Source: Thermoplasmata archaeon (GTDB lineage: Archaea; Thermoplasmatota; Thermoplasmata; Lutacidiplasmatales; UBA184). From it: a stretch of DNA of 35,380 bases. The notes beneath the pieces are model-generated. The model worked only from the letters and a program-made list of their open reading frames with translations, searched no databases and was not told the origin of the DNA. The position numbers and the translations under genes were made by a program. How positions within the stretch are numbered: the stretch's first letter is position 1; every line of letters begins with the position of its first letter. Of this stretch, positions 9,076 to 17,934 are shown piece by piece. Where the stretch lies: contig JASHYB010000080.1 of the NCBI GenBank assembly GCA_030043255.1, forward strand, positions 1 to 35,380, written 5' to 3'.

Positions 9076-12000
9076 ACGTCCGGTCAGGGAGGCCCCGGGC
9101 CTCTCCCGTCGTCCCGCCTGACGCGGATCCTTCAGGAGAAGGCGGAGGCGCTGCGCAAGAAGCGCCAGTCCGCCGAGGCGATCCAGCGGGATGTCGACGA
9201 GCGGCTCGCCCAGCTCGCCCGACTCGGGATCGTCCCGCCGGGCGTGGCGGAACGGCAGGAGCAGCTCCGCGAGCTGGCTCGACGGACCGACTGGGAGCTG
9301 CTGGAGACCCAGGCGCGCGCGCTCCTGGATCAACTGGCCACCACCGTGCCGGCGACGATCGAGGGCCGGCGCCGCCACTCGGAGGAGTTCGCGCTCCGGC
9401 TGAGCGCCGGCGGCGTCGCGCTCTCCGCCGCGCTCACCGACGAGCTCGCGGCCCTCGCGCATCCGCCGGACGGAGCCTCCTGGGCGCAGACCCTCTCCCG
9501 CCTCGCGAGCGTCGACGACGGCCTGCGGGCGGCCGCGACCGGCCAGCTCGAGCGGGCGCGCGCGGCGGCGGTCGACCTCGCCCGCTGGGCCGGCGTCACG
9601 CCGGCGCGGCTGACCGAGCTGGAGCGGGCGCTGCCCGACCCGGCGACGGCGGTCCGCGAGGACCGGATCGGCGAGGCGATCGCCACGATCCACCAGATCG
9701 TCGCCGAGCGGTTCCCCGAGGTCGCGGACCGGCGGGAGAAGAGCCGGGCGCTCGCCGGGCGGCTGCGGACGGTCGCCGACGAGCTCGGCGCGTCGACCCA
9801 GTCGCTGGACGAGGCGTTGCACGCCGACGCGGACGCGGCTCCGGAGAGCTGGCCGGCGAGCGTCGCCCGGCTCGAAGGGGCGACCTCCCAGCTCGCGGAG
9901 TCGCTGCGGGGCAAGGCGGCGCAGGCGCTGGACGGGCTGCGGGCCTCGCTCGGCCAGCTCGCCGACTACGGCGTCGATCCGGCGCCGGCCCGCGCGACCG
10001 TCGAGGTCGCGCTCGCGAGGCTGCCGGCCGCCGCGCCGGACGAGATCGCCTCCGTCCTCACCGAGGCGCGGACCGCGGCGGAGGAGCCGATCGTCACCGT
10101 CGTGGCCGGCCTATTGGACGAGGTCCGGCCGCGCATCGTCAGCGCCCGGCGCCTCGGACGGGACCCGCGGGAGGTGTTCGCCGCGATGAACCGGGCCCGC
10201 GAGGCGCTGCGGCTGAAGATCTACTCGGAGGCGCTGGCCGCCAGCCAGGAGGCGCTCGAGAAGGTCCGCGAGCTCACCGCCGACCTGGACACGGCGCGCG
10301 ACGAGCTCGCCTCCGTGGAGGAGATGGTCGGGCGGTTCCGCCGCGTCGGCTACACCTCGCCCGGGGTCGACGCGCAGCTCGCGCGGGTCCGCCACCACCT
10401 CGGCCGCTCCGAGGTCGCGCCGGCCCGCGAGGCGCTGCAGGCGGCGGTCCGGGAGCTCGGCGGCGGGGCGGTCGCGTTCTTCCTGGACCGGTCCCAGGCG
10501 CTCGGCCGGGCGCGCGACTTCGCCCGGGCCAGCGGCTTTCTGCCGGCGGACGTCGACCGGGAGCTGGAGGAGGCCCGCGGCCGGCTGGACGGCGGCGAGC
10601 TCACCGAGGCGGTCGACGCGCTCGCGCGGGCGGAGGTCTCGCTGCGGGTCGCCGCCGCCCCGTTCGTCGCCCGCCGGGTCGAGGAGATGGAGGCGGCGTT
10701 CGCCGACCTCGGCGACGAGGGCCTGGCGACCCCGGTGCGCCGGCACCTCGCCGACGCCGACGTGACGCTGCGCGTCAAGGAGGACCTGCTCGGCGCGCTG
10801 GAGAGCCTGCGCCGGGCCGAGCGGGACTTCGGCGGGGTCTTCTCCTCCCGGGCGTCGTCGCTGGTCGAGGCGCTGGAGGAGGAGGTCCGGGTCCTCGCCT
10901 CCATGGGGGGCGCGGGGGAGGAGATCCAGCGCCAGATCGACGAGGTCCAGCAGATCTTCAACATGGGGGATTTCGTGCGCGCCGCCAAGGCGTCGCAGGA
11001 GATCCGGACCCGGGCGCAGCAGCAGCAGCTGCTCCGCAGCGAGGAGGCGGTCTCCCACGCCAAGCTCTCCCTGGTCGAGCTGGAGGCGATCGGCCTGGAG
11101 GTCGGCGCGATGCGTGCCGAGTTCGACGCCGCCCAGCAGCTCGCGCGCGGCGGCCGGTACCTGGACGCCTACCGGGCCGCGACGCGCCTCGAGGAGGAGG
11201 CGGTCCGGCGCCGGGGCGCCGCGCAGGCGCTCATCGGGCGGATCGGCCGCGTCGAGGCGTTCGCCCAGCGGGTCCGCGCGGCCGGCATCGAGCCCGGGCC
11301 GGTCGACGCGACCGTCGCCGAGGCCCGGGCGGCGGTCCGCTCGCTCGACTTCGAGCGGGCGAAGGGCCTCGCGGAGGCGGCGGAGCAGCGCCTGGTCGCC
11401 GCCGAGGCGCAGCTGGAGACCGCCAAGCGCCTGAGCGAGCTCACGCTCCTGATCGAGGACGGCCGGCGGCTCGGCCTGCCGATGGAGCCGTACGTCGCGC
11501 GGCTCGATCGGCTCCGTACGGAGGCCCCGACCGCCCCCCCCGAGGCGACGCGCGACGGCGCCAAGCGGCTGCACGAGGAGCTGGTCAGCGTCCTGCGCCC
11601 GCTGCTGGAGGAGCACCTGCGGGCGCTGGAGCGGGACCTCGAGGTCGCCCGGGGGGCCGGCGTCCTGCTCGAGCCGGTGGTCTCCAAGGTCGCCGAGGCC
11701 CGTCGCCGCATCTCGCTCGAGGTGCCGACCGGCGCGGCGGTGCTGCTGGACGAGATCCGCAGCGCCCTGGTCACGACCCGGGGCTTCGTCGACCAGGCGG
11801 AGCGGGTCGCCCGGCGCGTCCACGAGGCGGTGGCGCAGTCCGAGCTGCTGCACGTCGACGTCGGGCCGCTGCGCGCCCGCGCCGACGAGGTCGACCGGGC
11901 GCTGGAGGCCCGCGACTACCCGAAGGTCGTCGAGCTCGGCGGGACGGTCGAGCGGGAGCTGAACCAGGGGATCTACCAGCACGTGTCGAAGACCCTCGCC

Positions 12001-13572
12001 GGCTTCCAGGCGACGGTCACCCAGGTCCGGCGCGCCGGCGGGAACGCCTCGGTCGCCGAGAACCTGCTGCACCAGGCCCGGATGGCGCTGGACGAGGGGC
12101 GGCCGGTCGAGGCGCTCCAGTTCGCCTCCCGGAGCGAGACGGAGCTGGAACGCGTCGAGCTGCAGCAGCGCCTCGCCGAAGGGGCGCTGGAGGCCGCCGA
12201 GCGGTCGGTGGAGCGGGCGGTCCGGGACGGGACCGTCGCCACGGAGGCGACCGACGGCCTGCGGACCCTGCGCGAGGCGTACGCGCGGCGCGACTTCGCC
12301 GCGATGTTCGAGCAGGCGATCGTCGTCTCCGAGTCGCTCGCCGGGGCGCGGGAGGGGGCGCGGCGGGCCCGCGAGGCGCTCGCCAACGCCGACCGCCATC
12401 TGGCGGAGGCGACCGCGCTGGGGGCGGACGTGCGCGAGGCCCAGGAGCGGCTCGCCGAGGCCCGGGCGGAGGCGGAGGCCGGTCACTACGTCGCGAGCGT
12501 GCAGGTCGCCCACGAGACCGTCGAGAAGTCCCGCTGGGCGATCGAGCGGATGTTCAGCGTGCCGATCGGCGAGCTCCGCCGGGAGGTCGAGGCGGTCCGG
12601 GCGGAGGGGACCGCCGCGGAGGTCGAGCCGCTGGACGCCGTCGTCTCGGACGCGGAGGCGGCGCTGCGGGCCGGCAGCTGGGCCCGGGTCCGCACGTCGC
12701 TCGCCCGGGCCGACGCGCAGAGCCGCCGCCTCTTCGGGGCGCTGGTCGACGCCCGCTGGCGGGAGATCGACGCGGAGGCGGCCCGCCGCGGGGGCGACAC
12801 CCCGACCGAGCTCGCCCGCCGCAGCGAGCTTCGGGGCCAGCTGGACCGGTTGAAGGAGCGGCGGGACCTCGGCGAGGCGCTGCGCCTGTTGAAGGGGGAG
12901 CTGGAGGCGGTCCGGGCCCGCGAACGGGAGGCGGTCGCCCAGGCGATGGCGGAGTTCCGCGACCGCCTCTGGGTCGGCGAACGCCTCGGGGTCGACACCA
13001 CCCCGGTGATGCAGCGGTTCGGGGAGGCCCGGATCGCGCTGGATGCCGGCCGGTTCACGGAGGCGAGCGCGCTGCTCGAGCGGGCGACCGACGCCCTGGT
13101 CGAGACGGTACGGCCGGCGCTCGCCCGCCGTCGCAAGGAGCTCGCCAGCGAGGTCGCGTTCGCGGAGGGGGGGCTGCACGTGACCGTCGGGCCGGTCAAG
13201 GACCGGCTGCGCGAGGCGGACGAGCTGATCGTCGTCGGCCGGGTCCTGGACGGGGCCCGGATCGTACTGAAGGGGGAGGAGGAGCTCGGCCTGCGCAAGT
13301 CCCTCCACCGGGAGCTGACCAACCTGCACTACCTTTTGGACGCGGGATTGGCGCGCGCCTCCGAGCGGGGGGTCGACACCACCGAGGTCCGGCGCCTGCT
13401 CACCGAGTCGCTCCAGCTGCGCGCGACCGATTATCCGGCGGCGCTGGAACGGGCGCGCGAGGCGCTCCGGCGCCTGCAGCAGCAGGGGGTCCCGGTCAGC
13501 GAGCCCGGCGGGGGCGCTTCGGGCGGGGTCTGGCCGTTCCGCCGCCCTCCCGGGCCGGGCGGCGACGCCTAG
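9076..13572 (+). CDS. Giant alpha-helical repeat protein (~1500 aa, about 20 helical-bundle repeats)
   Basis: E/A/R/L-rich with recurring G-[VL]-D-x3-[VA]-x3-L-x2-A-x3-L-x2-G-[DR]-[YF]-x2-A units; no TM, signal peptide or Walker motifs. First canonical start is GTG 9244, but the frame is open from 8992 and coding-like (SRLTRILQEKAEALRKKRQ) from ~9105. Start placed tentatively at ACG 9076. Confidence 0.85.
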   Translation, partial: TSGQGGPGPLPSSRLTRILQEKAEALRKKRQSAEAIQRDVDERLAQLARLGIVPPGVAERQEQLRELARRTDWELLETQARALLDQLATTVPATIEGRRRHSEEFALRLSAGGVALSAALTDELAALAHPPDGASWAQTLSRLASVDDGLRAAATGQLERARAAAVDLARWAGVTPARLTELERALPDPATAVREDRIGEAIATIHQIVAERFPEVADRREKSRALAGRLRTVADELGASTQSLDEALHADADAAPESWPASVARLEGATSQLAESLRGKAAQALDGLRASLGQLADYGVDPAPARATVEVALARLPAAAPDEIASVLTEARTAAEEPIVTVVAGLLDEVRPRIVSARRLGRDPREVFAAMNRAREALRLKIYSEALAASQEALEKVRELTADLDTARDELASVEEMVGRFRRVGYTSPGVDAQLARVRHHLGRSEVAPAREALQAAVRELGGGAVAFFLDRSQALGRARDFARASGFLPADVDRELEEARGRLDGGELTEAVDALARAEVSLRVAAAPFVARRVEEMEAAFADLGDEGLATPVRRHLADADVTLRVKEDLLGALESLRRAERDFGGVFSSRASSLVEALEEEVRVLASMGGAGEEIQRQIDEVQQIFNMGDFVRAAKASQEIRTRAQQQQLLRSEEAVSHAKLSLVELEAIGLEVGAMRAEFDAAQQLARGGRYLDAYRAATRLEEEAVRRRGAAQALIGRIGRVEAFAQRVRAAGIEPGPVDATVAEARAAVRSLDFERAKGLAEAAEQRLVAAEAQLETAKRLSELTLLIEDGRRLGLPMEPYVARLDRLRTEAPTAPPEATRDGAKRLHEELVSVLRPLLEEHLRALERDLEVARGAGVLLEPVVSKVAEARRRISLEVPTGAAVLLDEIRSALVTTRGFVDQAERVARRVHEAVAQSELLHVDVGPLRARADEVDRALEARDYPKVVELGGTVERELNQGIYQHVSKTLAGFQATVTQVRRAGGNASVAENLLHQARMALDEGRPVEALQFASRSETELERVELQQRLAEGALEAAERSVERAVRDGTVATEATDGLRTLREAYARRDFAAMFEQAIVVSESLAGAREGARRAREALANADRHLAEATALGADVREAQERLAEARAEAEAGHYVASVQVAHETVEKSRWAIERMFSVPIGELRREVEAVRAEGTAAEVEPLDAVVSDAEAALRAGSWARVRTSLARADAQSRRLFGALVDARWREIDAEAARRGGDTPTELARRSELRGQLDRLKERRDLGEALRLLKGELEAVRAREREAVAQAMAEFRDRLWVGERLGVDTTPVMQRFGEARIALDAGRFTEASALLERATDALVETVRPALARRRKELASEVAFAEGGLHVTVGPVKDRLREADELIVVGRVLDGARIVLKGEEELGLRKSLHRELTNLHYLLDAGLARASERGVDTTEVRRLLTESLQLRATDYPAALERAREALRRLQQQGVPVSEPGGGASGGVWPFRRPPGPGGDA

Positions 13573-14024
13573 GTCCGCGGGAAGCCGCCGACGATCCCGA
13601 CCCCGACGGGGGTGGGCGGGGAGCGCGGAGGTCCTAGGGGCAGCCGGTCGTACTCCACGGAGTGGCGGATACCGCGGCGCCGGAGCATCTGCGAAACGTG
13701 CTCGGTGATCTGCACCACCTCCTGGCAGCGCGACGGCTTGGCGAAGTACATCTCCACCCGACGCTCGTCGGCGAGCGGGAAGATCAGTCGCAGCCCGAAC
13801 GGGTCCTGCCGGTTGTAGCCGACCGGCTTGCGGTTGCCCTTGAGGTCCCGCAGGTTCTCGTCCAGCAGCACCTCCGGCAGCAGCGGGTCCGCTTCCCGGA
13901 CGAACGGCCGGTTCATCTCGACGACCCGCTTGTGGATCTCCGGGTACACCCGGAGGAGGTCCCGGTAGTCGCGCTTGGGTTCGAGCAGGATGTGCCCGCT
14001 GCGGGCCTTCACCGGGGCGCTCAC
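13569..14024 (-). CDS. Hypothetical protein (151 aa)
   Basis: Normal globular composition (GHILLEPKRDYRDLLRVYPEIHKRVVEMNRPF...VEMYFAKP), GC3-rich codons. GTG 14024 is preferred over 14048 because of an AT-rich box at ~14049-14056. Its stop shares the CTAG palindrome with the convergent gene. Confidence 0.75.
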   Translation of the reverse strand: MSAPVKARSGHILLEPKRDYRDLLRVYPEIHKRVVEMNRPFVREADPLLPEVLLDENLRDLKGNRKPVGYNRQDPFGLRLIFPLADERRVEMYFAKPSRCQEVVQITEHVSQMLRRRGIRHSVEYDRLPLGPPRSPPTPVGVGIVGGFPRT

Positions 14025-14147
14025 GCCGCTCGTAGCCCGTCCCCGCACTTAGGTTCTCGCGCGGAGCCGCTCCGGGGCCTCCAGGGAACCGTGACGGCCG
14101 TCCCAGAGGAGCAAGGTTCAAGGGCGACGCCCCTTAGCGGGGCGGGC

Positions 14148-14249
14148 GCTCCCGTAGTCTAGTGGTCAAGGATAGAGGCCTCTCGAGCCTCTGACGCGGG
14201 TTCAAAAGGGGCCGGCCGGCGCCGACCCCGGAAACTCCCGCCGGGAGCA
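14148..14249 (+). tRNA. tRNA-Glu(CTC) with a 29-nt intron (14207-14235) at position 59/60
   Basis: Acceptor GCTCCCG/CGGGAGC plus discriminator A; D arm GTCT..GGAT; anticodon stem GAGGC/GCCTC with loop CT-CTC-GA (anticodon 14182-14184); T stem GCGGG/CCCGC. Removing 14207-14235 restores the T-loop TTCAAAT. CCA is not encoded. Confidence 0.95.
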
Positions 14250-14388
14250 CCTTGCCCGTCGGGCACGCTGGGTCCGCTGGGTCCGCTTTGGTCCGACGGA
14301 TGGGGCAGGCCGTCCACGACTCTTTCGGGGCCGGGAGGTCACGGGGAAGCAAGTAACTCCCGAGGGGTTCGTAGGGTCCGTTTTCCTC

Positions 14389-14440
14389 AAGGTTCTTATA
14401 GGGGTAACCTCTCTCCCCCGCAGACCCGACAAGGTGGGAG
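14389..14440 (+). promoter_or_regulatory. BRE/TATA-like box and SD for the substrate-binding protein
   Basis: AAGGTTCTTATA at 14389-14400 and GGTGGGAGG at 14432-14440 before ATG 14451. Confidence 0.55.
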
Positions 14441-14450
14441 GGTCAAATCG

Positions 14451-17400
14451 ATGGAGAATACCATGAGAGGAAAGCGGACTCTAGCGATCGCCGCATGCCT
14501 TGTGATGATACTTGGCATGGGGCTGACCGTGGTGTCTGGCGCGGCGTTGGCTCACCCCGTGAGCCCCGCGGCGGCCAGTTCCGGGGCCACGTCGCTAGCG
14601 GGAGCCAAGACGTCGAACTATCCAGTGAGTGGCCACAAGGGTAGTCTCGTGGTCGACGACGCCTTCGGGGGCGCGGTAGCCTTCTCCGAAGACCCGGCGG
14701 TCGACTACGAAACGATCGGTTACGAACCTATTTTGAACGTGTATCAGGGGCTTCTCGGCTACAACGGGTCGAGCTCGACGGGCAGCAGCCTGTCGCAGTT
14801 CGTGCCGGTGTTGGCGACCTGCGTGCCGGGCACCGCACAGTGCACGGCGGACTACGGCACCGACCTGGTCGTCGACAACGCGACCAGCGGCGGCCCGCAG
14901 TACTACACGTTCGTCATCGACCCGGCGGCGCACTTCTACGACCCGTCGACGCAGGCCTCTTGGTCGGTCTACCCGACGGACGTGATGTTCTCGATCGCGC
15001 GCGACATGGCGTGGAGCCAGCAGGACGGGGTCGGGACGACGGCCGGATGGCTGGTCGCCCAGACGCTTCTGCCGAACGCCACGTCCAACGGACCGTTCGC
15101 GGGCGAGTCGTACCAGGCGACGCCGACGGACATCTACAGCTCGATGCTGATCAACGACTCGAACTACTGCCCGGCGAGCGCGATGAACGGGGTCACCGGT
15201 AACGGCTGCATCACGTTCAACGTGGACGGCCAGGGCGCGCTGTGGCCGCAGACGCTGTTCTACCAGGTGCTGGCGGACGGCTTCATGTCGGTCGTCTCGT
15301 GCGCGTGGTACTCCCACAACGGGGACAACCTGACCGGCTGGGACAGCCCGGACAACGGCTCGAGCCAGGACAGCTCGTGCCTGCTGCCGGACGGCCAGAA
15401 GACCACCGACAACTCCGCGTGGACCAACTACGTCAACAGCCTGCCGGAGACGTACTGGGACAACTACGAGAACGAGATCATCACGATCGAGGCCGACGAC
15501 GGCGCTGAGCCGGGGGCCCCGAACGCGCAGTACACCCAGATCGGCTCGGGCCCGTACTACTCGATCCTGCGGCCGACGGGGAGCCCACCGGGCTACACCC
15601 TGTTCGCGAACCCGGCGTACGAGCAGCCGAGCGCCTTCTCGGGCGCCCACGGCCTGGCGACGTACCCGGACAGCTACAGCTGGCCGGCGCCGGGCGGGTA
15701 CATCCCCCAGGTGACGATCAACTGGGACGAGTACAGCAACGCGGCGATCGAGGGCTACGAGCAGGGGACCATTGACCTCGGGGCGATCCTGCCGAACGAC
15801 ACGGCGAGCCTGCTCAGCCTGCAGCAGAGCGGCGATCTCTCGTACTTCGACGTGCCGACGCTGAGCAGCTTCTTCTCGCCGATCAACCTGAACTACAGCA
15901 TCTCGGCGTGGGACAGCGACTCGTTCACGGAGTTCGGTACCCCGAACGTTCCGGCCGACTTCTTCTCGGGCGTGGCGGCGCGGCAGCTGTTCATCCACGC
16001 CTACGACTACACCACGGCGGAGGAGAAGGGCGAGACGATCCTGAACGTGCAGTACCAGTACCTCGCGGGCGGACCGATCGCCAACGGGATGGACTACGAC
16101 CCGACGAACATCACCTACCCGTACGAGGAGGGCAACGCCGGGACGAACCCGGCGGTCAACGGTAGCGCCGCGTGGTGGTGGCAGCAGGGGACGGACCCGT
16201 CCTCGCCCTACTACGACCCGGAGCTGGCCGCGTGCACGAAGTCCTCTCCGTGCGTGCTGGGCATCGTCGGGGAGACGGGCGACTCGGGCTACGATGTCGG
16301 GAAGGACGCGCTGGCGGCCAGCCTCGTGAACATCACGGGCGGCGCCATCCAGCCGTTCCTGGCCGACTTCAACTTCGCCGAAGTCCCGCCGGACCTGATC
16401 CCGGAGCAGACGGGTGCGCTGCCGACCGATGGGCCGCTGCAGATCTACACCCTGGGCTGGGCGGCGGACAACTTCGACCCCGAGGACTACCTGATCCCGA
16501 TGGCCTACCCCAACAGCACGTACACGTTCTCGGACGCGGTGCAGCAGCAGTTCGACATCGCGGAGTACGATGACGTGGCGAGCTGCGGGCACAGCGCGGC
16601 GAACCTGACCAACCTGATCTACTGGGCCAAGTACGGCGAGCTGACGAACGGCTGCGAGGGCGTCGCCTACAACGTCATCTCCGGCGGCGAGTTCTACAAC
16701 TCGACGCACGAGACGAACGCGGCGACCCGCGGGATCATGTACTGGGCGATCCAGACGATCCTGACGAACCTCGGGCTGTACATCTGGCAGGGCCAGTCGA
16801 ACCAGGTGACGAGCTACGCTCCGTGGATCGAGGCCTCGAGCATCAACACGAACCCGACGATCGGGGGCGGCGGCGACCAGCTGTGGTTCCAGATCCGGTA
16901 CGTTCCGTACGAGACGCACGTGACGTTCACGGAGAAGGGCCTGCCGAGCGGCTCGACCTTCAACGTGACGCTGGCCGACAGCGCCTCGCCGCAGGGCGTG
17001 ACGAACTCGAGCAACGGCACCGCGGCGACCAGCTTCTTCGCGCCGAACGGCACGATCAGCTACTCGTTCCCGGTGGTACCCGCTGGCTACGCGATCAGCT
17101 CGGTCACCGGCCCGAAGGGGACGACGACGACGGGCTCGACGGTCTCGGGGAGCGTCAAGGGCACGGCCCTGACGGTGAAGTTCGTCGCGGTGAACTCGCT
17201 CACGTTCACCGAAACGGGCTTACCGACCGGAACGACGTGGGGCATCAGTCTGACGTGGTCCGCCTCGAAGGGCGGTCCGCCGGACGGTAACGCCGGCGAC
17301 GCGACGTACTACCAGAACACGACCGCGAGCTCGATCTCGCTGAACGTGGCCGGTGGTGCGTGGAAGTTCGCGGTGTATGTGCCCACGAACTACAAGGTGA

Positions 17401-17735
17401 ACTTGCCGAAGGGCTCGGCCGCGGTCAAGACGACCGTGGACACCCCGGCGAGCAAGGCCTTGAAGTTCACCATCGTGACGGGAACGTACGTGTTCAGCGA
17501 GAAGGGGCTGAAGAAGGACACGACGTGGGGCGCGACGGTCACCGGTGCGGTGAACGACACGACGGTCTGTTCGTTCTCCACGACGAAGGCCTCCGACACC
17601 TGCAAGCTCGTCAGCGGAACGTACGACTACACCGTCTCGAGCGTGACCGGCTACACGGCGGCCCCGGCGAGCGGATCGTTCACCGTGACGGCCCCGAAGG
17701 GCGGCACGGAGAAGACGACGTACACCGCCACCTAG
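14451..17735 (+). CDS. Opp/Dpp-type (family 5) ABC substrate-binding protein with three C-terminal thermopsin-type beta-sandwich repeats
   Basis: Signal peptide; DPAVDYETIGYEPILNVYQGLLGY, YTFVID, DVMFSIAR, GSGPY, RQLFIHAYDY, LGWAADNFDPEDY; repeats VTFTEKGLPSGSTF / LTFTETGLPTGTTW / YVFSEKGLKKDTTW; directly upstream of two permeases. Confidence 0.85.
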   Translation: MENTMRGKRTLAIAACLVMILGMGLTVVSGAALAHPVSPAAASSGATSLAGAKTSNYPVSGHKGSLVVDDAFGGAVAFSEDPAVDYETIGYEPILNVYQGLLGYNGSSSTGSSLSQFVPVLATCVPGTAQCTADYGTDLVVDNATSGGPQYYTFVIDPAAHFYDPSTQASWSVYPTDVMFSIARDMAWSQQDGVGTTAGWLVAQTLLPNATSNGPFAGESYQATPTDIYSSMLINDSNYCPASAMNGVTGNGCITFNVDGQGALWPQTLFYQVLADGFMSVVSCAWYSHNGDNLTGWDSPDNGSSQDSSCLLPDGQKTTDNSAWTNYVNSLPETYWDNYENEIITIEADDGAEPGAPNAQYTQIGSGPYYSILRPTGSPPGYTLFANPAYEQPSAFSGAHGLATYPDSYSWPAPGGYIPQVTINWDEYSNAAIEGYEQGTIDLGAILPNDTASLLSLQQSGDLSYFDVPTLSSFFSPINLNYSISAWDSDSFTEFGTPNVPADFFSGVAARQLFIHAYDYTTAEEKGETILNVQYQYLAGGPIANGMDYDPTNITYPYEEGNAGTNPAVNGSAAWWWQQGTDPSSPYYDPELAACTKSSPCVLGIVGETGDSGYDVGKDALAASLVNITGGAIQPFLADFNFAEVPPDLIPEQTGALPTDGPLQIYTLGWAADNFDPEDYLIPMAYPNSTYTFSDAVQQQFDIAEYDDVASCGHSAANLTNLIYWAKYGELTNGCEGVAYNVISGGEFYNSTHETNAATRGIMYWAIQTILTNLGLYIWQGQSNQVTSYAPWIEASSINTNPTIGGGGDQLWFQIRYVPYETHVTFTEKGLPSGSTFNVTLADSASPQGVTNSSNGTAATSFFAPNGTISYSFPVVPAGYAISSVTGPKGTTTTGSTVSGSVKGTALTVKFVAVNSLTFTETGLPTGTTWGISLTWSASKGGPPDGNAGDATYYQNTTASSISLNVAGGAWKFAVYVPTNYKVNLPKGSAAVKTTVDTPASKALKFTIVTGTYVFSEKGLKKDTTWGATVTGAVNDTTVCSFSTTKASDTCKLVSGTYDYTVSSVTGYTAAPASGSFTVTAPKGGTEKTTYTAT

Positions 17736-17785
17736 ACCCGAGCCCGGGTCCAGGTCCAACCCTTTCCTCCCTTTTCTTCTTCTTC
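17735..17785 (+). terminator. Putative terminator (short hairpin plus pyrimidine tract)
   Basis: GACCCG-agcc-CGGGTC followed by CCCTTTCCTCCCTTTTCTTCTTCTTC. Confidence 0.6.
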
Positions 17786-17881
17786 GGGCAGGGACGAACT
17801 CCGGCCTCGGCAGATTAGATAGCTAAACGGGCCCGTCGGCCCGTTCTCGGCGGTCCGGCGTGCCGTTCCCCACGAAGGGTG

Positions 17882-17888
17882 TTTATAT
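17882..17888 (+). promoter_or_regulatory. TATA box for the permease genes
   Basis: TTTATAT 47 nt upstream of ATG 17935; it lies inside the over-extended ORF call that starts at 17860. Confidence 0.6.
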
Positions 17889-17934
17889 CGCCGGGAGGTT
17901 CGGGTTACCGTCCCGCTGCCGGGATCGCACGACC

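Noticed and set aside
9076..13572. SMC/Rad50 assignment for the giant helical protein
   Set aside because: No Walker A/B, signature, hinge or zinc-hook motifs.
5338..14121. Very long alternative-frame ORFs (5338..8628 +, 8988..13637 +, 10111..14121 -)
   Set aside because: R/G/P/A-rich shadow frames of real genes; stop codons are scarce at this GC content and no motifs are present.
14270..14296. Three short GGTCCG repeats downstream of the tRNA
   Set aside because: Too short and irregular for CRISPR or iterons; no cas genes in the window.
14148..14450. tRNA as integration site of a mobile island
   Set aside because: No integrase and no duplicated tRNA 3' end found; the lower GC of the next gene is explained by its amino-acid composition.
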